Part shown: in pieces, positions 1 through 14,271 of the stretch
Layout: every line of letters starts with the position of its first letter
How positions within the stretch are numbered: the first letter of the stretch is position 1
Source: Octopus vulgaris
Taxonomy: Eukaryota
Reading direction: 5' to 3'
Length of the DNA stretch: 64,000 bases
NCBI GenBank assembly: GCA_951406725.2
Contig: OX597815.1
Location: 100,068,001 to 100,132,000, forward strand
Translations under genes and position numbers: made by a program
The notes under the pieces: model-generated
The model's database searches: none
What the model was told of the DNA's origin: nothing
The model's input: only the letters and a program-made list of their open reading frames with translations

Positions 1-1460
1 TTGGTAAGCCGTAGAAGTTGCTGGGTTTTGGTTCAAAATTGGTGATGTAGTCTTTTTCATTATCCGTAAGTGAGTTGTGGTGTGTTGAAATCAGGTTGTT
101 GATCTTTTTCATGATGTGGTGGTCTATATTTGCGGGTATTTCACAATAGAAGGTTGTATCCTTCAGTTGGTCTTCAACCAAATCCTTATAGTATTCGGTA
201 TCCATAATAACAATTGCACCACCTTTATCTGCTTGTTTAATTATTATTGTTTGATCGTTTTGTATACGTTTACATGCAGACATCTCTGATTTGCTAATGT
301 TTGGCCTAACATTGGTATTGCGTCTAAGGGGAAATTTAGACAGGATATCAATGTATTGGTCAAGGTAGTTATTTCTTCCTTTTGGTGGGGTGAAATTTGA
401 TTTATTCCTTACTAGGGATTCATCAATCTCATTACTTTTGTTAGCGAAGAATTCTACAAGTCGTAATTTTCGACAGAATTTTTGGATATCCTCCTTTAAT
501 TCTTGGTGGTTGGCTGTTGGTGTAGGTGTGAATTTCAGTCCTTTTGACAGAAGTTGGATTTCATCATTGTCAAGATCTCTTTTTGATAAATTAATTATTT
601 TAGGATCTATACGTTCAGTTGTTTGGGGTATGTTTCCTCTTGGATTTTTTTTCTCCGGTGTTTGTTGTCCTGACGTAAAAAAATGGATTTTTTTCTGGTT
701 ATGATTTATATTCCTGTTGATGTTTGCTTGATGAATTTTGCGTTTTGGTTGTGGTACTTTACTTGGTTTCGTTATGTTTTCTGTCTTGTTTTTGGTATTA
801 TGTATGCTACTTTTCAATTTCTTGTTAGCATTGTTTTTAACCACCTGGAGGAATGATCTGGGTTTACTTCTAGATCTAGATCGGTTTTTTGTCCAGTTTC
901 TTGTGGGTAATCTCTGTTGAGGTCTTGAAAATGATCTCCTGTTATTTCTACTGCTAATGGTCTGTTCAAAACAATATCTATTTTGTTTGTGCTTTTTGTT
1001 CATGTTGTGTGCATTAGGGTGTTTGCATACAAAATGGGAAGAGTTCTTACCGTAGTTCGTCTTCGATTCGTGGTGAAACGGGTGTTCATGTTGCCACGTG
1101 TTCTGGTGTATGTTGCGTTGGTGAGGTTGTCCACTTTTAATGCTATTTCTCGGAGTTCTGGTGTCTTTACCGTAATTTGTAGCATATTTGTCGAGAAATA
1201 ATTGTTTCCGCTGCCAAAACTTTCTTGATCTGCTTTCTTCTTTTGAGATATCTCTGATCCATAGTTCTCGCATTTTTTCTGCTATATTGCCGGTCGTTAG
1301 TTTGGATATTTCATCTCTGATTTGATCATCGATAGCTTCGTATTTGGCTTTGTAGCGGGATTGTTTAGACAGGGTAATGGAGATGTCGGTCCTGAATTTT
1401 ATCAAACTAAGGTCCCATCGAAGTTTAGTTTCTTCCTCTGGTTCTCCTGCAATTTCTTTA
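1..1460 (-). mobile_element. Penelope-like retroelement, N-terminal part of ORF (basic RS-rich region plus start of RT), running off the window start
   Basis: Manual minus-strand translation gives KIINLSKRDLDNDEIQLLSKGLKFTPT (~600-520), NDQTIIIKQADKGGAIVIMDTEYY (~260-190) and PSNFYGLP (~25-1), typical PLE pre-RT/RT motifs. The frame appears open from ~980 to 1. Bounded by (TA)n at ~1465. Confidence 0.85.
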
Positions 1461-1461
1461 A

Positions 1462-1509
<48 letters not shown>

Positions 1510-1578
1510 CATTCCACGAAATTATTTCTATTTTTCGATTTGCCTATATATATATATATTATTCTTTTATTTGTTTCA

Positions 1579-1648
1579 GTCTGGGAATCGAAACCGCGAT
1601 CCTCCGACCGCAAGTCCGCTGCCCTAACCACTAGGCCATTGCGCCTCC
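1579..1648 (-). mobile_element. tRNA-derived SINE head fragment
   Basis: Reverse complement GGAGGCGCAATGGCCTAGTGGTTAGG...GGTTTCGATTCCC contains pol III A- and B-box-like motifs. Confidence 0.7.
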
Positions 1649-1667
1649 TATATATATATATATATTA

Positions 1668-1870
1668 TTCTTTTATTTGTTTCAGTCATATATGTGTGGC
1701 CATGCTGGAGCACCGCTTTTAGTCGAGCAAATCGCCCCCAGGACTTATTCTTTGTAAGCCTAGTACTTCTGCTATCGTTCTCTTATGCTGAACCGCGGAG
1801 TTACGTGAACGTAAACACACCACCATCGGTTGTCAAGCGATGTTGGGGGACAAACACAGATACACACACA
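1668..1870 (-). mobile_element. OK-like SINE, 3' half
   Basis: Matches the 3' half of the full copies at 22061-22470 and 53767-54195. Confidence 0.8.
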
Positions 1871-1877
1871 TATACAC

Positions 1878-1910
<33 letters not shown>

Positions 1911-1969
1911 TGTATTATGTATGTATGTATGTATGTATGTATGTATATATATATACATATATATATACA

Positions 1970-2022
<53 letters not shown>

Positions 2023-2027
<5 letters not shown>

Positions 2028-2290
2028 GGCACGTGGCTTAGTAGTTAGGGTATTTGGTTCACGATCGAAAGGTTGTGAGTTCAATTGCCAGTGATGCGTT
2101 GTGTCGTTGAACAAGACACTTTATTTCAAATTGCTCCAGTCCACTCAGCTGGCAAAAATGAGTTGTACCTGTATTTCAAAGCGCCTGAGAAGTACGTTAA
2201 GGGTATGCATACCTGTGACGCGCTCAGCCACTTGCACATTAACTTTACTGAAATTAATGCGCAAGTAGCTGAGCACTTCACAGGCATATA
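2023..2290 (+). mobile_element. tRNA-derived SINE with 3' hairpin
   Basis: A-box TGGCTTAGTAGTTAG and B-box GAGTTCAATTGCC, followed by the GTGTCGTTGAACAAGACACTT conserved block; hairpin at 2212-2284. Confidence 0.65.
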
Positions 2291-2379
2291 TATACAGATA
2301 TTCCGTGAAATGCACAAATGAAATAGACAAATAGATAGATAAATAGATAGATGGATATGTATATATATATACATATATA

Positions 2380-2443
<64 letters not shown>

Positions 2444-2553
2444 TATATATTATATATATACATATATAATAATAATAAATATTAGGGAATAAATCCAAAT
2501 TTACAGGGAAAAAAATCAGATTTAGGATTAAATCCAATTTTATAGTAAAATAT

Positions 2554-2820
2554 TATATAATATTAATTAGAGACAAAACCACTATTTTGCAAAACAAACA
2601 AGGAAAGACTTAATCAATACATAAAATTTTAATAAAAACTTAAAAAAACCGCCACTACAATTGTTTCATGTCCTGATCGACAATCTTCAGGTGGATTTCC
2701 AATTTTCAAGTCAGTTTCAAATTATTTTTATTTAAATTTTATTAAAATTTTATGTATTGATTAAGTCTTTCCTTGTTTGTTTTGCAAAATAGTGGTTTTG
2801 TCTCTAATTAATATTATATA
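2554..2820. repeat. Foldback with 84-bp inverted arms (2554-2637 / 2737-2820), hammerhead in the loop
   Basis: Arms are reverse complements; (TA)n lies nearby on both sides. Confidence 0.9.
2652..2694 (-). ncRNA. Minimal type I hammerhead ribozyme motif
   Basis: CCAC-CUGAAGA-U-UGUC(GAUCAG)GACA-U-GAAAC-AAUU-GUA-GUGG: intact core, stem I CCAC/GUGG, palindromic stem III. Confidence 0.85.
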
Positions 2821-3037
2821 TACATATATATATATATATAAGTAGAGGAATGAATTATCCTAGTATGGATAATTCGGTTAATCGATACCTGGGTAGCAAA
2901 TTCACGTCAGTAAAACACGGTTGAAGTTACATGCCAAGGGCAGAACCCTGTGTTCGTGTGTGGAAATTTGTGTGTTTTTTTATATGAATAAATGAAAAGA
3001 ATGGAGTCGAACGAAGATTTTAACAAAATTCCTTTAC

Positions 3038-3118
3038 TTTCGACATATGTTTCGAAGACTGCATACTCTTAATTCCGAAGGAATGAAGGTTGCATTATGC
3101 CGTCTTCTCATCAGGAAA
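3038..3118 (-). ncRNA. Type I hammerhead ribozyme motif with extended stem II
   Basis: UUUC-CUGAUGA-GAAGAC(...)GUCUUC-GAAAC-AUAU-GUC-GAAA. Confidence 0.85.
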
Positions 3119-3209
3119 TACAAGGAAACTCTATCAGCCTCAAGACGAACAAAAGCTTCTTAATGACTGCCTACTTTGTTCGTCTTGAGGCTGATAGAGG
3201 TTCCTTGTA

Positions 3210-3290
3210 TTTGCTGATGAGAAGACGGCATAATGCAACCTTCATTCCTTCGGAATTAAGAGTATGCAGTCTTCGAAACATATGTCGAAA
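3210..3290 (+). ncRNA. Type I hammerhead ribozyme motif (inverted twin of 3038-3118)
   Basis: Same motif, but the stem I closing base is changed (UUUG-CUGAUGA). Confidence 0.75.
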
Positions 3291-3395
3291 GTAAAGGAAT
3301 TTTGTTAAAATCTTCGTTCGACTCCATTCTTTTCATTTATTCACATATATATAGATATCTGTAGATGTAATATGTGACAATTATTCGGTAGCCAT

Positions 3396-3456
3396 GATAA
3401 AACTCCGAGTTTCGGATGCCGAGGTGGTAATCCACGCCGCCATCTCTTCGGTTATC
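3396..3456 (-). ncRNA. Hammerhead-like motif with CCGAAGA core variant
   Basis: GAUAA-CCGAAGA-GAUG(...)CAUC-C-GAAAC-UCGGA-GUU-UUAUC. Confidence 0.65.
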
Positions 3457-3790
3457 CGGCCATCGGAAAAAATGCTCTGAAAAATGACCATATATATATA
3501 TAACAGAGTAGACGAAGCAGGGGCAGCCGAAGAAGGAGAATATTCCTTGTGTTGTATGTCTTGTACTCTGTTTTTTCGTTGTTTGAAAAAAATCCGTTTC
3601 CATTGTCTTGTTTATATCTTTTCATTTCTCATTGTGTACGTTTTTTTGGGGGGGTGTCCTGTACCTATATATGCATGTATATATACATATAGATGTAGTT
3701 ATGTACATATATGTATGTATATATGCATATGTTTTATATATTATTTTATTATTATATGATCGAACGCCGCGCATCCATTTCCAAGTAAGT

Positions 3791-3833
<43 letters not shown>

Positions 3834-4120
3834 TATACCTCTTACTGTGTTTAAATGTACATTGTATTTTATATGAATAATATATAGTCTATTGACTAAA
3901 TTTTCTATACTCTAGGCCACTGGTAGTAAAAATTTCTAAAATCTTTATTACTCTGATATTATTAATTATGTATCATGATTTCTGGTAGATTCGCTCGAAA
4001 AAAATTGCCGGGATCTTATTGCTGCCGACAAAAAAAATGCGCTTGCGCGGTGGATTTGAAAAAATTAAAATGTATAAGCAAGAGGCACATGCTGGATTGG
4101 CCTCGTGTTTATATATTTAA

Positions 4121-4942
4121 CTAGCAGTATTGCCCGGTTCGTGCGCTCGTGCGTTCTATGCACGCGCAAATTAAGCTAAACTTGGATGAAGTTCAATCAA
4201 AATTCAATTATTTTGGTTTTAAAATCAAGCATTTAATGCCCTCTATTTTTGCGCTTATGTGTTCCATTTCCTCAATAGGAAGTACGTAGAAGCGTTTCAT
4301 AAATTTTTGTTGATCAAATAATTGCATTGTTCAAGTATTCTTTTAGATCAGTATTTCTCAACGGGGATTTCAGGGGAGAGTTTCAGGGAGTCGCTGGCGA
4401 TGTATCGTGATGATCAAAAATCCGGCCTGCTAAAATTTGGTTAAAGTGATTCAAACTGCAGACTCAACGCAAAATGGTCACATTTATTTCAAAGCGTTAA
4501 AAATGTTATGAAAACAATTGGTATGTGTTCACAAAGTTCAAACGATTAATACGAAAAAACCCTCCAGGCTACATCCCGAAAATTCATTTATTTGCCGAAG
4601 TTCTACAATGTTTACGACGATTCGTTTTTATATCTTGATTTTTTTATTTTTCATGCAATTTACGCATGCTTGCACGCGTGGTGAACACAGTTCGCGTCAA
4701 ACAGCTGACTGAGAAAAGTTCACTATTCAATGCATGGGATAAGGCCTAAACAAACACATTATCGATTTTTGCACTTGCGAGATGAATTTCGGAACAGAAA
4801 TAGTGCATTCGCCTAAACTTCGCCATATTTTGGTGGTTCTACGATTTGTTGGCTAGGAGGAGACGTGCCGGGAAGTTAAACACACAGACACACACACACA
4901 GATACACACACAGACACACAAGTTGAGTTTTATATATAGAGA
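4121..4942 (-). mobile_element. Non-autonomous Helitron-like element
   Basis: Minus strand starts A|TCTCTATATATAAAA (4942) and ends CCGGGCAATACTGCTAG|T (4121): TC...CTAG termini in an A/T target. The subterminal hairpin is degenerate. Confidence 0.7.
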
Positions 4943-4952
4943 TTTAGGCGTA

Positions 4953-5021
4953 CCTGTTGAAGAAGACTTCGCCTAGCAAATTATTTTATTTGCTGAAATA
5001 AGTCAGAAACCATGGTCCAGG
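4953..5021 (+). ncRNA. Hammerhead-like motif (C3 to U change)
   Basis: CCUG-UUGAAGA-A-GACUU(...)AAGUC-A-GAAAC-CAUG-GUC-CAGG; palindromic stem III. Confidence 0.7.
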
Positions 5022-5150
5022 AAATAGATGGAAAATGTTTTTATTTTTCATTCAACTTCGAGGATTTATGCCTAATTAGTGGTTTGGACTTTAGCTGTTC
5101 TTTCTCGAGTAAAGGATTCCTATTGTGGAAACCTCTTAATGTGTACACTG

Positions 5151-5182
<32 letters not shown>

Positions 5183-5186
<4 letters not shown>

Positions 5187-5359
5187 TGGAGCACCGCCTT
5201 TAGTCGAGCAAATCGACCTCGGGACTTATTCTTTGTAAGCCCAGTACTTATTCTATCGGTCTCTTTTGCCGAACCGCTAAGGGAAGGGGACGTAAACACA
5301 CCGGCATCGGTTGTCAAGCAATGCTAGGGGGACAAACACACACACACAAACACACACAC

Positions 5360-5400
<41 letters not shown>

Positions 5401-5564
5401 TACGACAGGCTTCTTTCAGTTTCCGTCTACCAAATCCACTCACAAGGCATTGGTCGGCCCGGGGCTATAGTAGAAGACACTTGCCCAAGATGCCACGCAG
5501 TGGAACTGAACCCGGAACCATGTGGTTGGTTAGCAAGCTACTTACCACACAGCCACTCCTGCGC

Positions 5565-5565
<1 letters not shown>
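5183..5565 (-). mobile_element. OK-like tRNA-derived SINE with internal (TA)n/(CA)n
   Basis: Head GGCGCAGGAGTGGCTGTGTGGTAAG and B-box GGTTCAGTTCC; near-identical to other copies in the window. Confidence 0.88.
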
Positions 5566-5642
<77 letters not shown>

Positions 5643-6049
5643 GAAATGAGGTAATCAGAAGATCGGGTGGTTTATAGTTACAGATATTTATTTATATATT
5701 ACATTTTATATATATATATATATCATATCACTTAGATCATTAGCGCTTTCTCCCATTCTAGTGGGGTTTTCAAATCAAACTATATATACATATATATTAG
5801 CGGTTATATATATTTCTAATTCACCAAAAGACACCGATAGATGATACGTCAATGATACACCCAAAAAGTATTTACTTTGCACTCTTAGTATGATTTATAG
5901 TAAGCTAACATCTTACTAAGTACTAGGAAAATATGTCCCAAAAAAACTTAATGCAATGGTTTGCACTTGTATAGCAATATCTTCCTTAATATATCCAGCA
6001 ATATAAGCATCATCATTATCTATTTATCATTGTAACCATTTTTATAAGT

Positions 6050-7197
<1,148 letters not shown>

Positions 7198-8167
7198 GTC
7201 AGCAAATTTCTCTTTTATTTTAACGTTATGTCTTTTGATTATCATTACCGTTCCTCTTTCCTCCTGTACCCTTCCATTTTCTTTCCCATCATCTCTTCTT
7301 TCTACATTTTTTCTTATAAACCGCATGTCATTTGATGTCCTCCTTGTACTTCTCTTCCTGTAACCTCTTCCCCTTAAACTTCTTTACTTTCTTCATATGT
7401 ATCTTCTTTATATTTTTTATATTTTTCTCTACCTATTGTTTTCGTCTATCAACGTAGAGATGGAAGCACGACTACACATTTCATCAACTTATATTAAATT
7501 TTGTTCTTTTTATTGTTTTCGTTTTCTTTTTGTTTTATTTTATTATTCTTATTATTTTGTAAAGAATTGCCGTCATGAATGAAATGATTGGATGGTTAGA
7601 GAGTTAATGTAATACGGTGATATATTCTAAGACCATCAACTAATGTATAGACACGCTGATGCCTTCATGTGGTATTAGTATAAATGTTTTACATTATCGT
7701 ACAGATTTCATTCTACCTGTCTTAAAAGATTTTTTTAAATGGTTTGGTTTTTGATGTTCAGGAATTTGATGCAATCATAGTCCCAAATTTGAAGATTCTA
7801 ATTTCACTTATCTAAAACCATAATATCAATTAATAAAAACTTCCTTTAAATATGTCTGAGAATACTGATGTGTTATTTCATTGGCTGAAATTGCAGTTTA
7901 AGTAGGTTGGGTTGTAAGTTAACGCTGGCAGTATATTGATGTTGAGTGAGGGCGATAAATTGTTGAACCTATAAAGTACATAGGGAAAGTAACGCTAGGT
8001 TCTTTTACGAAGTCTTTTTACCTTCTGAGTTCGTATCTAGCGTTAAAATCAATTTATATTTTCATCTTTCTATGATCAATACAATAAAGTACCAGTAAAT
8101 TAGTCGGGATAATTTAATCGACAATTCTCCGTATATATATCTTTTAATGTGTGCAGGTGCATATGTA

Positions 8168-9432
8168 CAGGAGTTGGACAAAATAATAGAAACACCTTAA
8201 AATTTCAGACAAATTTATTTTAATATGGGGTGGGACCACCTTTGGCAGTAATTACAGCTTGAATTCTACGAGGTATGGAATCGTACAAAGTTTGAATTGT
8301 TTCCAAAGGAATTTTTGCCCATTCTTCAGCTAAAACAGTCTCCAGTTGTAGTGATGATGATGGAGGATATTGACTCCTCACTTGTTTTTCTAAAATGCAC
8401 TATAAACGTTCAATAATATTGAGATCTGGGGATTGTGGTGGCCAGATAAGATGTTCAACTTCACTAGAATGTTCCTCATGCCATTCAGTAACAACGTTAA
8501 CTGTGTGAATTGGTGCATTATCATCCTGAAAGATTGTGTTTCCCTCCGGAAACAGTTCTGCAAACATAGGATGAATTTGATCAGATAAAATGCTTAGTCT
8601 TGACTATTAATTCTGCCACGAAGGGAAGCCATTGGGCCAGAAGATTTCCAAGATATAGCCCTCGGATTATCACGGATCCTCCTTCATATTTAACAGTTGG
8701 AAGAAATCAGTCTGGGTCAAAGGCTTCTTTCTGCTGTCTCCACACCTATACTCGGCCGGTGGTCAGAAATAAGGTAAAGGATGACTCGTTCGAGTAAATA
8801 ACATTTTCCACTGCTCTAGGGACCAATTCTGTAGGTGTTTACTCTACTCTAAACGCTTTGCAACGTATGTTTTTGAAAGTAGTAGTTTTCTGATTGCAGC
8901 CCTCCTGTGAAATCTAGCTTTTTGCAGCATCCATCGAACAGTATTTGTGGAAACTGGGTTCGCAAGGTAATCATTAAGCTCTCCAGTAATTTTGGGGGCT
9001 GTACTTTTGCGATCCTTTCAAACAATTCGCTTAAGTGTTCGATGGTCTCTATCTGAAAATTTTGGATTCCTTCCAGAGTTTTGTTTCGATGAGCAGGTTT
9101 TTGTCTCTTTCTCAAAGACTGTCATTATTTTCGAGACAGTACCATTTGATACACCAAACATTTCGCCTTTTTTTCGTTACGCTAGCACCTGCCATACGAG
9201 CACCAACAACTTGACCTCTTTGAAAGTCCGATAGATCTGAAATTTTAATGAATTTTAATTACTTTTTTCTGATGACATCCGAAAAGAAACAGCAATTTTA
9301 GCAAAACATATTAAGCAACACTAATAATAAATCAAAAAACATAAAGATAAACAAGCTTCTGGCGGTTTTATAGATATTTCAAACTTATGATGCTATGATG
9401 CTTGGTGTTTCCATTATTTTGTCCAACCCCTG
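8168..9432 (-). mobile_element. Near full-length Tc1-family transposon with disrupted transposase
   Basis: 29-bp TIRs CAGG(A/G)GTTGGACAAAATAAT(A/G)GAAACACC with TA on both sides. Minus-strand motifs DLSDFQRGQVVGARMAGAS, IFQDDNAPIHT and WPPQSPDLNIIE; frameshifts/stops and a lost start codon. Confidence 0.93.
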
Positions 9433-9518
9433 TATATATATATATATACATAAAGACATATTTTTTAACAAACGTATATTTATATTTAGATAGACAGTCA
9501 AATAAGTAGGTATGTCGA

Positions 9519-10415
<897 letters not shown>

Positions 10416-10434
10416 TGACTGATAAGTAGGTAAG

Positions 10435-10530
<96 letters not shown>

Positions 10531-12240
10531 TATGTTTCTTTATTAGCCACACAGGGCTGCACACAGATAGAACAAATTACAAGGTAGAGCTTTTCTTTTG
10601 AAGGTTTAAGAAAAAAAAAAAAAAAAAAGGAAGGGGGAGTTTCGATCAAAAGGGATCGTAAAAGGAGAGAAAGAGGACAAAAAAAGGGGGGGTTTAAAAA
10701 AAGGGGGGAGGAAAAAAAAAAAAAAAAAAATGATCAATAGGGATCGTTATCACAGAAATGTCAATATGAAGTGTAAAGGGGAGGACAGGTGAGGTTTACC
10801 CGTGCAAAGAAAAGCCTACGGAAAAGACCACGGTAACCTCGGTCAATGATGTCACATTTTATATTTCTTTTTTTTTTTTTTTTTTGCATATAAGCAACTC
10901 TCTGTTTTCGATTTCTGGGTTCATAGGACTATGCTCAAGGTGGCTTCGTCATTCATACGTGCCATTCTTGCTACATTCACCCATCTTTTTTTAAAACATT
11001 CGCTAGACAAAACTTGCCTCTCTACTCTCACTTTCCTTTTCAAGTGGTACTTGAAGAAGTTGATGAGAGATTGACCAGAGAGGAAAGTGTTTGTCTCCAA
11101 TCCTTTCAGACGCGTCCACCAGATACATTCTTTCGCCATAGCCACAAGGATGATGAAAATAGCTCTTCCTTCCCGTTTGAAGGAAGGAGGCGTGACAATA
11201 TTGACGATAGACTCAGCTGATAAACCGACTCGTCCCACACGTGACAGCAGTTGTTCGACATAAGCCCACAGGTCGGAAATTGTTGGACACTGAACGAGTG
11301 CGTGCAGAACGGTTTCGTCGCTCTGACCGCATCTCGGGCAGGTCGGCCCCGTGTTTCTCGAGCCGTGTCTGTAGAGCTTATCCCGAACGGGTAGCGCTTC
11401 TCGGTAGCACTGCCAGGCCAGGGATCTCTGGAAGTTGTCCATGGGCCCTGGCCCGAAAGTCGTCCTGAACAGGCGGGTCAGGTACTCCTCGTCGACGTCC
11501 AGGTTCGCCCCGAGCTCGTCGTCGTACCTCCCCTCCACTAAACCCCTATAGAATGCTTTGGTTGTGTTGAAGTCACTTAAGGTCGACCCAGGACGGCAGA
11601 GTTGCTTGAGAGCAAAGCGACACTCGCGGTGCCATTCGCCCTTCCTCGGCCTCTTTTTGATCCACGACTGCAGTTCGGTCATGGAGACGAGCTGCGGGAA
11701 AGCGTGCCTCACAAACGGCGACCACACCTGTTCACCGTCGTCTACATAGAGCCAGAGATGCCGCAGTCTCAGCGCGTGTCTGCGCATCATCAACCACGGC
11801 ATGCCCAGCCCTCCTTTTAACGGGTGTTGACAGCAAATGGATCGCCTGACCATCGGGACGCATCCTTTCCACAAGAAGCGAAAGAGGATGCGTTGTAGTT
11901 TGGTGATGGTAGGGTCGGGACAAGGTACGACGGTCAGGCGGTAGTAGATGACGGACGCGATGTACGTGTTCGCCACCTCCGCTCGACCTTTTAGGGACAG
12001 TTTCCTCTCGGCCCATTGCCGGGCGAGAGTGACCACCCTACTCGTTATCTCGTTCCAGTTCTTCTCCACTTGGAGGTCCGGACCAAACCAGACCCCGAGC
12101 AACTCAACCGGGCCGTCGGTCCAGCGTCCCACGACGGAGGCGCTGGTGGACGGCATGGGCTTGCTTCTCCAGGTGCCTAGTCGCAAGCCCACTGACTTTT
12201 CCCGGTTGATTTTCGCTCCTGTCACCGCTTCGTAGTTTTT

Positions 12241-12243
<3 letters not shown>
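10531..12243 (-). mobile_element. L1/Tx1-type LINE, 5'-truncated (C-terminal ORF2 plus 3' UTR)
   Basis: ORF2 fragment, 3' UTR, AATAAA and (TATC)n tail; 5' junction lies in (CA)n. Confidence 0.92.
10921..12243 (-). CDS. LINE ORF2 C-terminal fragment (RT thumb region and CCHC zinc finger), uninterrupted
   Basis: GAKINREKS, LLGVWFG, LSLKGR, FLWKG, GGLG and CPRCGQSDETVLHALVQC motifs. The listed N-terminus (12244-12294) is microsatellite, not part of the element. Confidence 0.85.
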
Positions 12244-12289
<46 letters not shown>

Positions 12290-12544
12290 TGCATACTAAT
12301 TCAGTATTTGAAGTGGATATCCATTGCCAATATTGTGCTTCGAATGGATTAGGAGACGAAGTCATAAGACAATGCAATAACAAATACATTACATTGAGAA
12401 TGCATGCACAACATAAAACATCTAAACCAAACCACATGTATCATATACTACAAGAACCATATGCACTCATAACATGGATGAATATACTATTAAAAGCTCA
12501 TAAAATAGAACGGTACATAACACAATGAACCAGAAACGAATATA

Positions 12545-13313
12545 TCAGGTCATCTCAAAAGTTCTGTCCGACTTTACCTTATTTAAAATTGAATGAAATG
12601 TAATAGTATTTTAGAATGTCTAATGGAATTAAAATTATTTTTATGCATTTGTGTACATTTAAACTAATTAAATATTATTTTACAGAATAATAGAATTAAA
12701 ATTCTTTGATTAAAACCCTTTCTAACATAGAAGTATCCAAAGAGCGCTTGAGGCACATAATGCTTTATGAGTGCAAAAAAAAAAGAAACTCTGCAGCCGA
12801 AACGACTCGAAACATACACTCAGTTTATGGGAAAGAATGCTTGATTGAAAGAACTTGCAGAAGATGCTTTTCAAAATTCAGAAGTGGAGATTTCAGCCTT
12901 GATGATAAAGATCGAACAGGACGTCCTGTTGAATTTGATGATAAGCTCCTTGAGGCATTACTTGAAGAAAATCCTGAATTATCAGTTGAAGAATTGGCAA
13001 TAAAGCTTAGTTCAAACCATACAACTGCTCATCGTCATCTTCAACAACTTGGAAAGGTTCCTAAACATGGAAAATAGGTGCGTCCTGAATTGTCCGAAAG
13101 CAACCTCAAATTCCGTGTTGACATCTGCTCTTCTCTCCATTCTCGCGAACTCATTTCAACCTTTTTGGACAGATTTGTGACTGGTGGCGAAAAATGGATC
13201 TTCTATCGAAATGTTAAACGTCGTAAACAGTGGCTTGGTAAAATGGAAAAAGCTCAACCACAACCGAGAAGGGAACTTCATGGGGAAAAGCTTCTTCTTA
13301 TGGGATGACCTGA
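12545..13313 (+). mobile_element. Internally deleted mariner transposon
   Basis: TA-TCAGGTCATCTCAAAAG ... CTTATGGGATGACCTGA-TA. ORFs 12706-13077 and 13078-13308 give the mariner HTH, GK*VRPEL (from GKWVPHEL) and TGGEKW (from TGDEKW); the catalytic C-half is missing. Confidence 0.92.
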
Positions 13314-14227
13314 TATTTCAATAACACGAGAATGTAAAAACTATAAAACACCGTGTCAATACGGAAGCATTATCCACCAAACAAACAGAGCACTATCATT
13401 TTTGGCAGGTTGATGAAATAGTAGCGTACCAGGCAGGAGAATGGCACTACTATTATAGGATTGAGCGAGATACCTAGCGATATCTGTTCCGGCCCTTTTT
13501 CTTGCAAGAACGCCTCCACCGATTCTGGTATCGGCCCTCATAGGCGGCCTTTGTCTAGGACAAAAATCTTTAGTGAGGAGAGAAAAGACTTGCATGCATG
13601 GGCAACTGCTAACCTTGCTGAAATATTTTGTCCAGGCCTGTACATATATGTACAAGTAATGGTTGCCCTTGAACGACGGCGCTCTCGCTTCAAATAGCCA
13701 ATGTAATGGCTATGTATACATGTCAATGCATGCATGAAGGTTTTAAATTTCCAGATTCAAAGTATTACATACAACACACAAGCACGACGCTTGCATCGCT
13801 TGACCATACATTTATAAAAAGGAGCTATCACAACTAATAATAAAGTACACAAAATAGAATTAGATAGAAAATATATGTTGGCAACATTAAAGTTTTATAT
13901 AAAATTAGAAAAGTTAGAAATACTATGGAAATTTTAGCGATAACAAAATACAAAACAAAAAGATATCACAGATAAATCATACTAAAATAACTCAATGAAT
14001 CTACTAGGATTAACTGTGGTAAAGTGTTAAATACGGCGTTGATGATTTAAACAGTTATGCCAGTATTCCCATGATCCTTTGCGACTTACTATAAAGCGCG
14101 GGAACAACGCCATAAATATCATCAGTAGTTTTGAAAAGTTAACGGATTAAGTTATATAGGAAAACTATTAACAACACCATCGAAAAATACCTTACGAATG
14201 AGAACCGAGGTTCGAAATTTCCCCAAG

Positions 14228-14271
14228 ACACCTGATGAAGGCTGGAGGGTATATTAGCTGCAACGTTGTGT
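14228..14271 (+). ncRNA. Degenerate minimal hammerhead motif
   Basis: ACAC-CUGAUGA-A-GGCUG(...)UAGCU-GCAA-CG-UU-GUGU; GAAA mutated to GCAA. Confidence 0.55.

Larger units (their letters stand above)
2985..3343. repeat. Foldback with 169-bp inverted arms (2985-3153 / 3175-3343)
   Basis: Arms are reverse complements with two mismatches seen; 21-nt spacer. Confidence 0.92.

Noticed and set aside
390-1201. Plus-strand hydrophobic ORFs
   Set aside because: Antisense shadows of the minus-strand PLE ORF.
1579-1648. Possible tRNA gene (likewise other SINE heads)
   Set aside because: No complete acceptor stem; related heads in the window continue into SINE bodies.
5735-5780. Minus-strand UUGAAAA-CCCCA...UGGGA-GAAAGCGCUA motif
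   Set aside because: Two core changes and a poor stem I; at most a fossil.
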